Below, piece by piece: positions 1 through 26,053 of a stretch of 64,000 nt of DNA. The notes under the pieces are model-generated. The model worked only from the letters and a program-made list of their open reading frames with translations, was not told the origin of the DNA and did no database searches. Every line of letters starts with the position of its first letter. Position 1 is the first letter of the stretch. Origin of the DNA: Chrysomallon squamiferum (lineage: Eukaryota > Animalia > Mollusca). Both the position numbers and the translations under genes were made by a program. Location: the NCBI GenBank assembly GCA_012295275.1, contig CM022679.1, forward strand, positions 20,646,001 to 20,710,000. Direction: 5' to 3'.

Positions 1-299
1 TTTTCAGCAGATCAAATGAGTCTTCTTTCATCTAGAGCCAAGAATTTATATTTAATTAGAAGCTTTTTGCTCCCATTCAGCTCGTTTTACCCCTTCAGTC
101 AGCAACGTCTGACTGTTTAAGTAACCTGCTGGTGTATTTCCTTTGCTTACCTATTCTGTTCCTTGGATTCCTATCTGTCTGTTTTACTGACCTGCAGATA
201 TGGAAAATGTCTCCTCTACTTATCTATTCATCTCCTTTGCTTACCCTCTGGTCTGCTTCCTGTTCTGATCAGTATCTCTTAACTGATTTATCAGATATT

Positions 300-456
300 C
301 TTTCCTATCTGTGATAAGGTGCATATATATATAAAAATATTTCTTACTGCCAATCAAACAACATAGGGATGCAGTTGTAATTATGTAACAAACTGCACAT
401 ATTATATCATAGACTCAAATTTAATATGTGTTGAGTGCATCTTTAAATAAAGCATT
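300..456 (+). mobile_element. Possible decayed SINE-like interspersed repeat
   Basis: TCCTATC...GTGCATATA...CTTA here resembles the reverse complement of 23849-23886; the tail ATGTGTTGAGTGCATCTTTAAATAAAGCATT recalls (from memory, unverified) a high-copy gastropod SINE-like family. Confidence 0.3.
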
Positions 457-1323
457 GGGGCTTTTCTTGTCAAATGGCCCACTGGATTTAACTCCAAACC
501 CTTGAATTTGTTTTGCTAATTTTTCTACTTTTCGGTTTGCTGAGATGGGTTTGAAATGGTGACTGTCATCCATTTTTGACCACAATCCAAAGTTCAGAGT
601 AACATTTTCTGAACTATTGATCTAATGAAGGAAATATGTAGCACAGCAAGAGTCCCACCCAAAATAAACACATCTGCTGAGGGGGAGGGATACATTTTTT
701 TTTTTTTTTTTTAAATTTTGGTTTGTCTTACTCAGAATTATTCATTTCTTCCTTTAATCTTTTGTTGCTGGGTTTGTTAATTTACCCAGATTTTCATTCC
801 AGTCAGTGACATATAATTGGTTTATCAGGGAATGGGAAGGTACTTATAAAAAAAATCATATGAATTTTGGAAAAATAACCCTGGAACAATAATAACTTGG
901 TTTGTCTCCACCAATTTTTAAAATTAATTTCTTGTATATTATTGAAATAAAGAAGTTGTTCTTCTGTCTTAACATTTTACATCTCTGTTAGTCATCCCTT
1001 ATTTATTTACCCTCTCATTAGTAATCCATCTTCTTCAGTTAACTCATCTAACCAGCAGTCATTATTGTGTTCCCCCCTAATACTCATCTTACCCCATTCT
1101 ACATGATTCTCTGGTACTAAAACTTGGCCTCAACCTCTGCCCTTCCAGTGTGGCTAAAATGTGAACAACGGCAGAATACATAAGCTTGATTGGACAGTAC
1201 ATATTATCCTGAACCTGCAAATATAAAACAGAGCAGTTTGTGTTCAAAAAAATAAATAAATAAATAAAAACTGTGCCATCAGTGTGTCTCTGTCTACTGT
1301 TTGGTGTATGTTTTCCCCTCCAG

Positions 1324-1431
1324 CCATTTAACACAGCCAGTCACCATATGCTTGTTGATTCTTGTGGCTGTGACAAGATTTTTGTTTTCCTCATTGTGTT
1401 TCTTCTTCATGTAGTTTTCTGTGTTAGGTGA
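1324..1431 (+). CDS. Candidate alternative terminal exon of the MPRIP-like gene with hydrophobic C-terminus
   Basis: Acceptor ttttcccctccag at 1323; phase-0 frame PFNTASHHMLVDSCGCDKIFVFLIVFLLHVVFCVR*; AATAAA cluster at ~2420-2452. Confidence 0.3.
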   Translation, partial: PFNTASHHMLVDSCGCDKIFVFLIVFLLHVVFCVR

Positions 1432-3035
1432 GTGGACAGTTAGTCGAGATGAATGTCACTGAACAGGTGATAAACAGTTCACTGCATTTCACTCAAAACA
1501 TTTCTGTCCATGGTGGATTGCAGGTGTTGCAATGTGTGTGTTTACAGTGTGGGAATATAGAAATTTTACTTGACAACTAGATATAGAACAGTGTTGACTA
1601 CTGATTGGTTTGAAATACAGTTTTATCTGTTTTGTAGATATTTTCCACATGAAACATTATCAGTGTGAAGTACTGAGTGATGTGGAGTACAGTTTTATCT
1701 TGTGTAGATATTTTCCATAAAAAACGTGTGAACTGCTGTTCCATAAATAGGAAATTGTGTTTATTTTGTTAAAGGATAGAGAAATGATCATAGAAATGTG
1801 ATGTAAAATTTAATAACATGAACTGTCATGAATTGTAAGAGTGGATACAGAAATTTTACCTCATAGTTTCAGATAAAATATTAACAGCTACTGTCAAGTA
1901 GGGAACAGTGTGTATCTTTACAGTGTGTTGACAAATACAGTTAACAACAGTATCAGAGTGAACTAATGTAAAGTGATTATTTTTGTCTTGTGCTGTAAGC
2001 TGCACTGTTTTTCTTTCATACTAATATAAAACATTAACTGAGTGGATATTGTCTACTACAAAACATTAGTGTGTGAGATAGTGTAAGCTGGGAACACTGT
2101 TTCTCTGGTTATTTCAAAACTAATATAATATTCAGTGTGTGGATACAGAGATCTCCTACACCTGCCTGATATAAATAAAACAGTGTAAGCTGATGTCAGA
2201 ATGGAATACTCCTTCTTTGTGGCGTGAGCTGCAGTATTTCACAAACACGTAAACTAATGCAAAATATGCACACAGGAATTTTCCACACCTGTATGATGTA
2301 AACTGGCTGTGACCTAACATTAATATTAATGTATCCTGCATATAATACAGATGTATAACATATATGAGAATTTTAAAAACATATTTGTTTTTGTCTGGAT
2401 AATCTATTCTGTAACTTTAATAAATAACAAAATAATAAAATAAATAAATAAAACCATCTGAAATAACATTAAAGAAGAATGTTAATTTGTGTGTTCAAAT
2501 GTTTACAGTTCATCTGATAAAAGTGCATGTCCACCAGTATAAAAAAACAACCTTTGGTTTTTGAAAGCATCGGGAGAGAAAATGACTGTTTTGTCAGAGT
2601 AAATCATTTCTTTTATTTCATGGGATAACGTTACCTGTGAATGTGAAGTGTGTTTTATTTTCTTTGTTTACTCCTTGGCCTCTCGTCACAGTGGAAGGAT
2701 TGCAAGGACAAAATGTGGGACAGACCGGCTGGACTGAAATCAATACAGCCAACAGTGACAACATGAATTCTGTATTTTAAAAAAAAAAAAAAAAAAAAAA
2801 ATCCTTTGAATGCTTTATGTCAGGAAGGGGGATAATCATTATGGAGAGAAATCTTCTTTGTGGAAGATGATTAATAACAGCTATTCCTGACGCTGTTTGG
2901 ACAGCAGATCGATTGTGTTATTCAGATTAATCATGATGTGCAGATTACTAATTGTGCTGTGCTGGTAGTCTACTAACAATGAGCTCTGCCAGTGACTGCT
3001 TGCACACTACTAATACTAATAATTCTTTTTTACAG

Positions 3036-3104
3036 CCACACATGATGGAGTTTAGTTCTAGTCACTGGGGACAGCAGGCCTCCCAGCAGTTTGATGCTGC
3101 ACAA
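3036..3104 (+). CDS. Candidate alternative (cassette or internal first) exon of the MPRIP-like gene, PHMMEFSSSHWGQQASQQFDAAQ
   Basis: ttttttacag acceptor at 3035, in-frame ATGs at 3042/3045, consensus donor CAA|gtaagt at 3105; phase 0 matches the 6897 acceptor. Confidence 0.5.
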
Positions 3105-3408
3105 GTAAGTGTTTTTGTTCTTTGCATGTGGACAACGCTATTAGAGTATCAAACTGTCAATGGGGCTAATTCTGTAACAGGCTTTATCACTAAATATTTA
3201 TTCTGTGCATGTTATTATGGGGTACAGTTCTGTAATAGTATTTCTGAGTTAATAACTTAATATTTATTCTTTGCATGTTTGTATATATCATATTGTCAGA
3301 GGTTGGTATACAGTTCTGTAATAGTATTAATGTATGAAAATGTGAATGGGTAGGAAACAGTGAAATTGTTACAGATACCTCTTCTCAGAGGATATAAATC
3401 ATTGAATC

Positions 3409-3655
3409 TATGAATGGCTATGATCCTGTGAGCTGTGACTGGATATGATCCTGTGAGCTGTGACTGGATATGATCCTGTGCACTGCTATGATTGGGTATG
3501 ATCCTGTGAGATATGAGTGGATATAATCCTTTGAACTACAAGTGGGTATGATCCTGTGAGCTACAAGTGAGTATGATCCTGTGAGCTATGAATGGGTATA
3601 ATCCTGTGAGCTATGAGTTGGTATGATCCTATGAAAGTGAATATGATTCCATGAA
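3409..3655. repeat. 25-bp minisatellite, ~10 copies
   Basis: Unit TATGATCCTGTGAGCT(G/A)TGA(C/G)TGG(A/G). Confidence 0.9.
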
Positions 3656-4727
3656 ACCTGTTTTAAAATGAGTAAAATTTTATCAGCTGATTATGTTTAT
3701 TTACTATATATAAATAATAATAAAAATATTTCCTTCAAAATAATTACTACGTTTTGTTATATATAGTTGATTTTAATAAAACTGACATACATACATACAC
3801 ATATGTGTGAACACACACACACACACACACACACAAACAATTTGAAAATAATAAGACAACAAAATTAGTCATTAATAAAAACATCAAAGAAATACATAAT
3901 AATAAATCAAAGCACTTCATTAACAACTGTTGTTTTTGTTTCAAGAAAAAGCTATAAAAACAGATATATTTCACATGTGACTGTCAGTGGAATTGTTTCT
4001 CATGGGGCTAATTGTGTATTACTCTGTTGTAATTAATACTTCATTGTTCTTTCCTTGGGAATTATTTATTTTTATGTTAAAACAGGCATTCAGAACTAAT
4101 TTAAATTAATAATAAATGTGGATTTTATGTTTCTTTTTTCCTTTATTTATTCTTTCATCTTTCCTTCTTTTGTCCTTATCATCATTTGTTTTCATCAGTT
4201 TTCATCTTTCTTTCATTTCATATTTTTCTTTTTTTCTTTTTTTCATTAACATAGATAAACATTTTTATGCTTAAAGTAAAATATGTTTTTGAGATGGTAA
4301 ATAATATGATCAGTATATTTTTTACTGCATATTGCAGTAAGTTTATATCCTTGACAGATGATTAATGCCAGTAATATTAATAAATAAACATGTCAAGAGT
4401 AGGCTTACATGTTAGTAATATGTCTTGCAGGAATGTTGTACAGAGGGGTAACATGTTAATAGTAGTTTTATTTTATTGATTTTCTACGTTTTAAAGTAGA
4501 GTTTAGAATTATATCTGGGCCTTCTTGTATAACAAGTTAATCTTCTGAAAAAGCTAATATCCATTAAAATATTGTAAGGTTTTGAATATGCAGAAATAAT
4601 CCATCCAAAACAAATGAAAAGGGAAAAAAAACTCCCCCAAAACAACATTGTTATAATACTGCTACTACGAATAATAATAACAGTAGTACTAGCAGCAATA
4701 GAAGAAATAGTTATAATAATAATAAAA

Positions 4728-4755
4728 ATAGCAATAATAATAATAATAATAATAA

Positions 4756-4786
<31 letters not shown>

Positions 4787-4816
4787 AAGAAGAAGAATAA
4801 CGAGAATAATAATAAT
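4728..4816. repeat. (AAT)n-(AAG)n compound microsatellite
   Basis: Direct reading. Confidence 0.95.
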
Positions 4817-6896
4817 CTAGTTTATGTCTGATCATTTAAAAAAAAAGAAAAAAAAGAAAAAAAGAAGATAAATAAAATGAGTGTGTCAGTATAATTTTGT
4901 TTGTATTAAACTTAACCCAGTATTAACTATGGCTGGTAGAAGATGATAAGGACAAAATCTACTACCTCCACCTTATGAGACTGAGGGCCACTGATATATT
5001 TTAAGAGTGGACACTTCTGATTGGGCTGGGCAGACATTCTTCTGTCTTTGTTTCAGCAGTGTTGTTGATCCAAACTTGCTTCAAGATTATGGAGTTGTTT
5101 GTTCATGTTGTGTTTACCCAGTGGAGGAGAATTCTTTGCTGCAGTGTCTTGAACTGGTTCATTGCAGTCACTCACAATTTTCATTTTTCTCTTTCATTTT
5201 TCTGGAAAAAAAACCAAAACAAGAAGAAATTTTTAGAAAGATTTTGTGAATGTTCCATCTTGTAAGAAAATGTTTTCTCTTCTGAATGAATGAATGAATG
5301 AATAAATAAAATAACTATATTTTCAAAATGATGCAACCATTTTCTGTTTTTGTCCAAGAACATTTTCATCTACAAATAATATAATAATGGTGATTATTTG
5401 CAGAAAAAAATGTTTCCTTGAAAGACAAAGAAAAATAGAGCAAACTTTAAATAAAGAAAAGAAATTTAAAAGCATAAAATCTTTAATAATAATATTTTAA
5501 CACACACATAGAAATATAAAAACAAGAAAAGGAAAATAAAAATATTTATTTTTGACACAAGCAGTACAAGATAATCATATTAATTTTATTCAGAGATAAA
5601 TTACTATTCAGAATTTTAAATTCATCAGTCTTCTTCAAAATTATCTTTTACAGATTTGTTTTGTCATATCCATTACTCACTGTTAAAATTTACCTGAATA
5701 GAGAAGTGCCTGGATTTCAGCAGATTTGATAGCCAACTGTGATATATCTGCTGCATAAACACAATAAATGCATCCAGCCATTAACTCAGATATGAATGTA
5801 AATGAAATTTCTGCCTTTTTGCAAAACCTATTGTGGATATAATTGAATCAGTGATGGAAATGGGCGTTAGTAACTAGAGATATGCTAAGATCTGTGAGGC
5901 AGGTGTTAGTAACTAGAGATATGCTATGGTCTGTGAGGTAGGGAGTAGATACAGTAAACTGAGTGTTTTCATTATCATTTATTTCTTCACTGATCAGAAG
6001 ATGCTGTCTTTTAAAGACTGCAGTATACTCATTTTCACAGGCACACACCAGTCTGAAATTTATAGCTATTTGGTAAATAATAAAATATTTCCTCTTATGT
6101 TATTGCTTTGTTAAAAAAAACATCCCTGTAGCAATAGTAGTAGTAGTAGTAATAGTATAAGAAATGATCATAAAGTGAAAACAAAAAATAGTATGATGCC
6201 ATATCCCTGCATTTTCTCTGTTTTCATCACAGAACTGAATATAACTGAAATTTGTACCATTTACACCTTCATGTTTGTGTGATGTTGTCAAGTCACAGTT
6301 TGAATGTAACAGATTTCTACCATTTACAACAGTATGTAACAGGTTGTGTAGATTTACAAAAGCTCTGAGGTTTTTCTTTTTTAAATCAAGCTTTGTTACT
6401 GTTTGGTTGTCAACACAGAGTGAGGTGTTTTAACAGGCTTGAACCAGTGTTGCCTGTTTCATATTTCAGTAGAAACATATTGATTTAGTGTTTACTGTGC
6501 TGTCAGTATACCCTGTAGGTCAAATAGTACAGCTTTAATCATTCTGCTCTGTACAACATTTGTGTTTTTTTTTCTTGTTTTTTTTCACATTTTAATTTTT
6601 ATTATAATAATTTTTTTATGCATTTCAATTTATTATTAATTTTTTATATTTTTGTTGTTATATGTGTGTACATGTTAAATAGCAGGGCTACATAATAAAC
6701 AAACACCAAGCTGAATTAATTCTAAAAATTCATGTTCCTTTATTTTCATTATCTAAAGCCATATAATGCTGGATATTTATTGTGAATATAATACATTATT
6801 TTTCCTATAATGTATGATTAAACCAGATTTATTTATTTATTTATTTATTTATATTTTTATTATTATTATTATTATTATATTTTTTTTTTTTTTCAG

Positions 6897-19604
<12,708 letters not shown>

Positions 19605-22600
19605 AAAATGGTCACCTGCTTACCATCCTCACCTGGACATTCCAGAACATTCTCTGTACATGCACTGACACAGTACAAAAGGGGAGAATGTTTTTGTCTA
19701 AATTGTTTATTTTCGATATTTCAAGCTCTGGAAGTTGTGTTGTGATTTATTATATTAAGGATGAGGTGAACAAATCTAGTTGTCAATTTTATGGCTAAAA
19801 TACTGAGAAAAAACAAACAAACTATATATATCTCTTCATGATCAACAAATCATTTCTCAGTTTTAAAATAGATTTCCTCAAGAAAAATCTTCTTTATTTA
19901 AGAATGGTGAATATCTATCTTCTTTTACTGGTATACCGGAAATGGTGTTAGAAAATTCTTGTCTATAAAATAATTAGTTACTTTTCTAAAAACATTGAAT
20001 TGTTATTTTATATATATACATTATCTGTGTTAAAACTGATAACAGGACAGTGTAATCAAGATTTTTTTCTTATTCTTTACTAATCTCAGTTTAAACAGTG
20101 GTATTTTACCTCTAAAAAAATAAAATGGCTTATAAGTGACATAATTTTGAAGCTTATACAAAACATTTTTATATATTATCTGGAACTGTGAATAGCTTCC
20201 ATCAGGTCTTCTACTTGTACAAATATTCAGTATTTCAGTGTTTTTAGTTTGTTTTTTTCTTGGTTGTGAGAACATTATGAAATTATTATTTTTTTCATTT
20301 CTCTATATATATTTTTTTTTTTCTCTTTGACAATTAATATTAAAATGTGTGTAATCATTTTTCTATGTTCAAAAATAATTATGAATTACAGCAACAACAA
20401 CCAAAAAAATATGCAGTTTATTAATAGAGAAAATATCAAACAAATGATGCAGTATAATTATTTTTATAAATCAAAATGAGGAACCCAACTCATAACTACT
20501 AAACTGAACACTAACAAGTAATCATGTACCATAAATAAAAACTATTTTGGACAAAAACTGAAGAAATTTCACATGGAAGTTCAGATCTTCTTGTCCTATT
20601 TAAACTTTTTAGGCAGATAAACAAGAAAATGTTCTAAGCAGCAGATTTGGTATTGCTGTTTATAACTTATGCAGTGAAAAGTATGTATTTCAAAAAGGAA
20701 TTGAATTGTAATTTTTCTCAAGTTTAAATTTAATTTTTTGGCAAATACTGTTTTAATTCATACATTTTTGATGTGATGTCAAATAAAAAAAAAAAAATTT
20801 GTTTGCTTTTACTTCATACTGTTTGCATTTTGTCTGATTAATCACCATGACAACTAAAGTCTTCACTTTTTAATTATTTATTAAAATACTTGTTTTATTT
20901 TATTTTAATTGGTGCTGTTTATATTATGCAATATTTTACTGTAGAAAGATATTTAAAAAAGAAACCTAAGAAGATTTTCAAATCATGTTTAAGCATTTTA
21001 TAAAATTATCCTGAATTTCTTTTTTTTTTTAGTTTTTCATTTTTGAAATTGCTCTGCTTTTACTTGAAACTGTTTGTAAAGAGCAAAAATCAAAATTTCC
21101 TGGCAAAATGTATCATTTTTATACATGTCATTCATTAATGCAGTAATATTACATTTATATATTTTTCTTTTCTATCTGAGTTTAAATTTAATGCAATGCA
21201 GCATTACATATTATGCTAGTAATTGTTTTGGATCTGTAAATATTACATTTAAAAAAAAATCTTTTTAAAAAATGATTGTAATAACCCATTTTGTTTCTCC
21301 ACATATTATTGACATTTTCTGTCATTTTTTTACTTAACCCGCATATAGCTACATCAGACTGAAAAATAAGTACTGTGCTTTTGAATATTAATCTTTTACT
21401 TAAGAGAACAAACAAAAACAAAAAGGCATTTTATAAATGTTTTAATTACAACATATTAAAATGTCTAATAGTGTATGCTGCAAATTTGTTACAGAGAATT
21501 GTGTAGAAAACTTTCTAGTACAGTGACATGTCAGAATGAATGAGTTCAGAAATGAATGTGTGTGAAATTGATGAAGCATCTGTCATGACATCAGTCTGTG
21601 AATTATCTAAGTCATAAGTGAATATTTGGTGTAATTTGAATATTATCATTCGCATTATGTTCTGATTGTGTGGACATTGATTATTTACATTGTTGCATAT
21701 TTTCTGTAATTACTAAGCATGTGGATTATATTAATAGTCAAATTATATTAATTTAATATTTTATATAATGAATAGGTTGATTTTTACATATTAATAACAT
21801 TGAAACTGGCTGTTAATATAAAATTTTATATTTGATCTATTTGATATACATTTGACATTTTTCCTTTTACATACTACAAAATTGACACTTTGGCTGTCAA
21901 ATATTTTAAACTGACTCTTTGACCATTAGATAAATTTGAAACTTTGACTATTAGATATTATAAAGTTAAAAAAACACACTGACCATGAGTCTAATTATTA
22001 ATGCTTCTCAGTGTTAGGTATTTACAGACAATACAGTGGACTAATACTTGAATTAGATCTGTTCATGATAATTATATACAAATGTTTTAACAAGTAATTC
22101 TGTTAAATGCTTTCTGTATTTAATGATTATGTATAGCATAAAATCACCAGTCAAAATCAGCCGTGTTTTATAAAAGTGATAACCAAGCCATACATCATGT
22201 TGTAAATGTTCTCTGTTTACTCATCATGTTACATCAGACTCACACAACCCACTGTTTTAATAAGAAGCATTTATGTTTATGTATTCAGTATTTTCCTGTA
22301 TTATCTGCCGAACGTGGAATAACTAATGATGATGTCTCCTTAATAATATATCATGTAAAATTGAATAATAAAGTTAAGCATCTTTATTCTTTCTTTAATT
22401 TTTTATTTTGTAAACCCAACACTTTGCTATAATAACAAGCTTTTTTATTTATTTATCAAATAATGTTACTTGTTTTGTTTTTTTTAAATTATTTTTAAGT
22501 GACTGTGTTAGTAAATATTAAACCAAAATGTAAATTTTTCAGATTTGACATACACATATTTATTGTGTGTTTCTGCATGTGTGAGTGTGTGTTCACAAAG

Positions 22601-22691
22601 ATTTTTTGCTTTTTCACTTTTTTTTTTTTTTTTTTAAAAAGCTAATTATGTTTCAAAAGGCCAGAACTGCTTATGTCATTAATATTTGTAC

Positions 22692-22694
<3 letters not shown>

Positions 22695-22750
<56 letters not shown>
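22695..22750. repeat. (TTA)n microsatellite
   Basis: Direct reading. Confidence 0.97.
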
Positions 22751-22751
<1 letters not shown>

Positions 22752-23039
22752 TTGTGTCCCATAACTTGCAATGCATGTCCTGGTGTTGTGAATGTTAAAT
22801 GTATCACTTTTGATGATTATATAAATAAAGCATTTGCTATTAATGTAATTATGTCTCGGCAACCTAAATCATGTCTCCTCTTGTGTTTGCAACCATGGTT
22901 GTGATGTTACTTCATCTTGCCATCAGACAGCATTTTACACAGGTCAACAATTAAACATTATTTCAGTCACTGTACATAGTGTACGCCTGCTTGTCTGTTG
23001 TGGTTTTTGCATATATAATCATGAGTTTTCGCATGGACA

Positions 23040-23515
23040 TGTGTTGCATGGATTATACTGTATATTATGTTGTCCCATGTGAATTACAAAAATATGTCAC
23101 AGTCTTACATGTGTTATACAATATATTGTGACGTCTGTTATCAAATTATACAGAATATAATGTATTGTTGTATGTGGTCTAAACAGCATGTAGTAATGTT
23201 TCATGAGAATTGTATAATATGCTGTTATGCCTTCTAAGAATTGTATACAATATATTCTTTTTTCTGTGTTTTTCATTATATTGTTTCTTGTGCTATTAAA
23301 CAGTATATTGTGATGTCTCTTGTGGATTAAACAATATTTTTAGTGTCTCTTGTGGAATGAACAATATATTATAATGTATTGTGGATTAAACAATATAGTG
23401 TTATGTGTCTTGTGTGTTTATAACTTGTCTCATAGAATTTGTACCATAAAGTGTCTGGTTTCTTTTGCCAGTTGTCATATCTGATATTAATTATACAATA
23501 TATTGTGATATCATA
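23040..23515. repeat. Degenerate ~31-bp tandem repeat
   Basis: Recurrent ACAATATATTGTGATGTCTCTTGTGGATTAA-like unit. Confidence 0.6.
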
Positions 23516-23964
23516 ACAACTTTACCTGTGTGTGTGTGTGTGTGTGTGTGTGGCTACTTTGGGGAATTGTTGGGGACATTTATTATTAAAAATTTTAAAC
23601 ATTGTTTTTTTTTTTTTTTTTGTCCAATCATGTACAAGATAACATATCTTCAAAACTGATATTCAAACGTTTCAGACAATAAACAGTAAATACAAAATAA
23701 AAAATACATATATATTTTGAATAATGTTTTTTGTTTTTGTTTTATCAGTTTTTAAAATAACTGAATGAAAGAATACTTGATTAAAACTAATTCGAACACA
23801 ATAATAAAGAGAGTGTCTTTTATATAATTTTTTTAAAATTATGCTACTCTTAAGGATTTGTTATATGCACATTCAAATTGATAGGAAAGAACCTGATGTG
23901 GCCTGTGATAAACTGTTGTGTTGACCAAAAAGAATAATTAGAGGACTGAACCTAGTGTGCATCA

Positions 23965-24348
23965 ACCATACTCATCCACAAAACTACTATAATACTCGAC
24001 CACAAAACTACTGTTCAGTCTTTAACCATAAAACTATTGTTCATACTTCAACCACAAAACTACTGTTCATTCTTTAACCATAAAACTATTGTTCATACTT
24101 CAACCCCAAAACTACTGTTCATACTCCAACCACAAAACAACTGTTCATACTCAACCACAAAACTACTGTTCATACTCAACCCCTAAACTACTGTTCATAC
24201 TCAACCACAAAACTACTGTTCATACTCAACCACTGAATGACTGTTCATACTCTACCACTAAACTACTGTTCATGCTCAACCACTAAACTACTGTTCATAC
24301 TCAACCACTGAATGACTGTTCATACTTTAACACAAAACTACTGTTCAC
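23965..24348. repeat. 25-bp minisatellite, ~15 copies
   Basis: Unit TACTCAACCACAAAACTACTGTTCA with variants; explains spurious ORF 24089-24286. Confidence 0.92.
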
Positions 24349-25516
24349 TCAGTAACTGAATAGGCATCATATTAAAGATGGTGTAAAATAATAATAATAA
24401 TAATAATAATAATAAGTAAAAATAAATTAAAATCTCTAAAGATTTGGTTTTATGATGCAAACAGACAGGCAACAAGCATTTGCCTTTGGGACTGAATATT
24501 GCATCAAAAGGATTAAAACAAAATGAATGATTCTGTAACTATTGAGTACACAACTAAGGACATATTAACTCTTTGGACTCAACTGATCTTGTTTTGTAGT
24601 ACAGTCAGGAAGTACATACATTCATAGTCCTCGATTATATAGCCAACCAACATTCCCCCCAGCAATTGTTAACCTTATTTTTTTATTTGGTCACATACCA
24701 TAGCCTTTTTATAGTGTCAAGAGTTAATCTGAAAATGATTTGAAACCAACTGTAAAGATATGTTATGTACCAAATAAAAGTGGGAGAGAATTATTTATAT
24801 GGACTGTATACATTAATGTTATTCAACATTTTTTTTATGGAAAGCATAATGGCATTTTTTTCTTTACTTAAGTTTTGAAATTTCCTGAATGTGGTAATAA
24901 CTACATGAATTAAATGACATGATAATGGAAATTCATGAATGAATGACTGTGCCTGCAGACTGTCAGCTGATTTGTATCCTGGTTAGAGCAATTACTCTTT
25001 CATATGTAAATACTGCATTACATAAATAACATAGGCTCCCGGAGTTTATATGCATACATTAACCAAATTGTTCAAGGTAAAAATAATTACTGTTTGGCCT
25101 TGGAATATAAATATCTCCTGTTCTGACCTTAATAGATAGTCTATCTCTACAAAAATATTTCATCTACTGGAAAACGAAAGAAAGTCAAAAAGGACTTGGT
25201 GCTTCCCTGGCAGTGTTAGTTCTTGTGCACTGGAGTATCAATGGTATGAACAAGAAATCTATTTTACACGCCAGCATGGATTCAGGGATTTTTGTGCATA
25301 CTAACAGTAAAGTAAGAAACCAGTAATTTGACGAGATTCAGAAATGCTACTGATTTTTCCCATCATTGTTACTGTATTAAAAATTTTAAAATAATACGGA
25401 ACTAAAATTACAGAGTAAATTATTAGCTGGGAAATCTCAAATTTATTAGGATGTTTTTACATTTCTTTATACAGCATGTTGTCACTAAATATGTATATAT
25501 ATATATATATAAATTT

Positions 25517-25624
25517 AAAGTATACATAAACTGATAAAGACAGCTATTTTTTTTCTTTCTTTATATGTACATATAAAGAAAGAAAAAAAGAAAACAACTA
25601 TCTTTATCAGTTTATGTATACTTT
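25517..25624. repeat. 108-bp near-perfect palindrome
   Basis: AAAGTATACATAAACTGATAAAGA...TTTCTTTCTTTATATGT|ACATATAAAGAAAGAAA...TCTTTATCAGTTTATGTATACTTT. Confidence 0.85.
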
Positions 25625-25670
25625 TGTGCTTATATACATATATATATATACACACACACTCACACTTATA

Positions 25671-26053
25671 CAATGGTACCTTGACTTACAAGTTTAATTC
25701 GTTCCATGACCGAGCTTGTATATCAAATCAATTTTTCCAACTGAAATTAATTGAAATACCATTAATGTGTTCCAGATCCCAAAAACCACCTCATTTTTTA
25801 TCATTATTTTTTTTTGTAACATGTTTTTAAATCACAAATATAGTTTAAAAAAAAATTAAAGAGGGTATTTATCTTGGAGATCAGACAGATTATTTTAACG
25901 ACTTTGGCTGCAGTTACAGCCTTTATTGACTCCTTCAGCTTCATTATGGTACATATCGTAGAAGTGCTACGCGTGTACTGTCTAGCCAAGTTGACTACAT
26001 GCACACCCTGCTCATTTTTCTATGAATTCAAGCTTCAATTCAATGGACATCAT
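25671..26053 (-). mobile_element. Truncated second copy of the same Tigger/pogo element
   Basis: TA|CAATGGTACCTTGACTTACAAGT terminus; reverse complement aligns with ~38717-39124; encodes HVVNLARQYTRSTSTICTIMKLKESIKAVTAAKVVKII. Confidence 0.82.

Noticed and set aside
4614-4820. ORF with poly-Ile/poly-Arg (similar cases at 13471, 17173, 18376, 22686, 49435)
   Set aside because: Microsatellite translations.
5007-5265. Possible extra exon after acceptor tttcag at 5056
   Set aside because: Phase-0 reading stops after QCC; other frames need a donor phase not established in the window; no recognisable homology.
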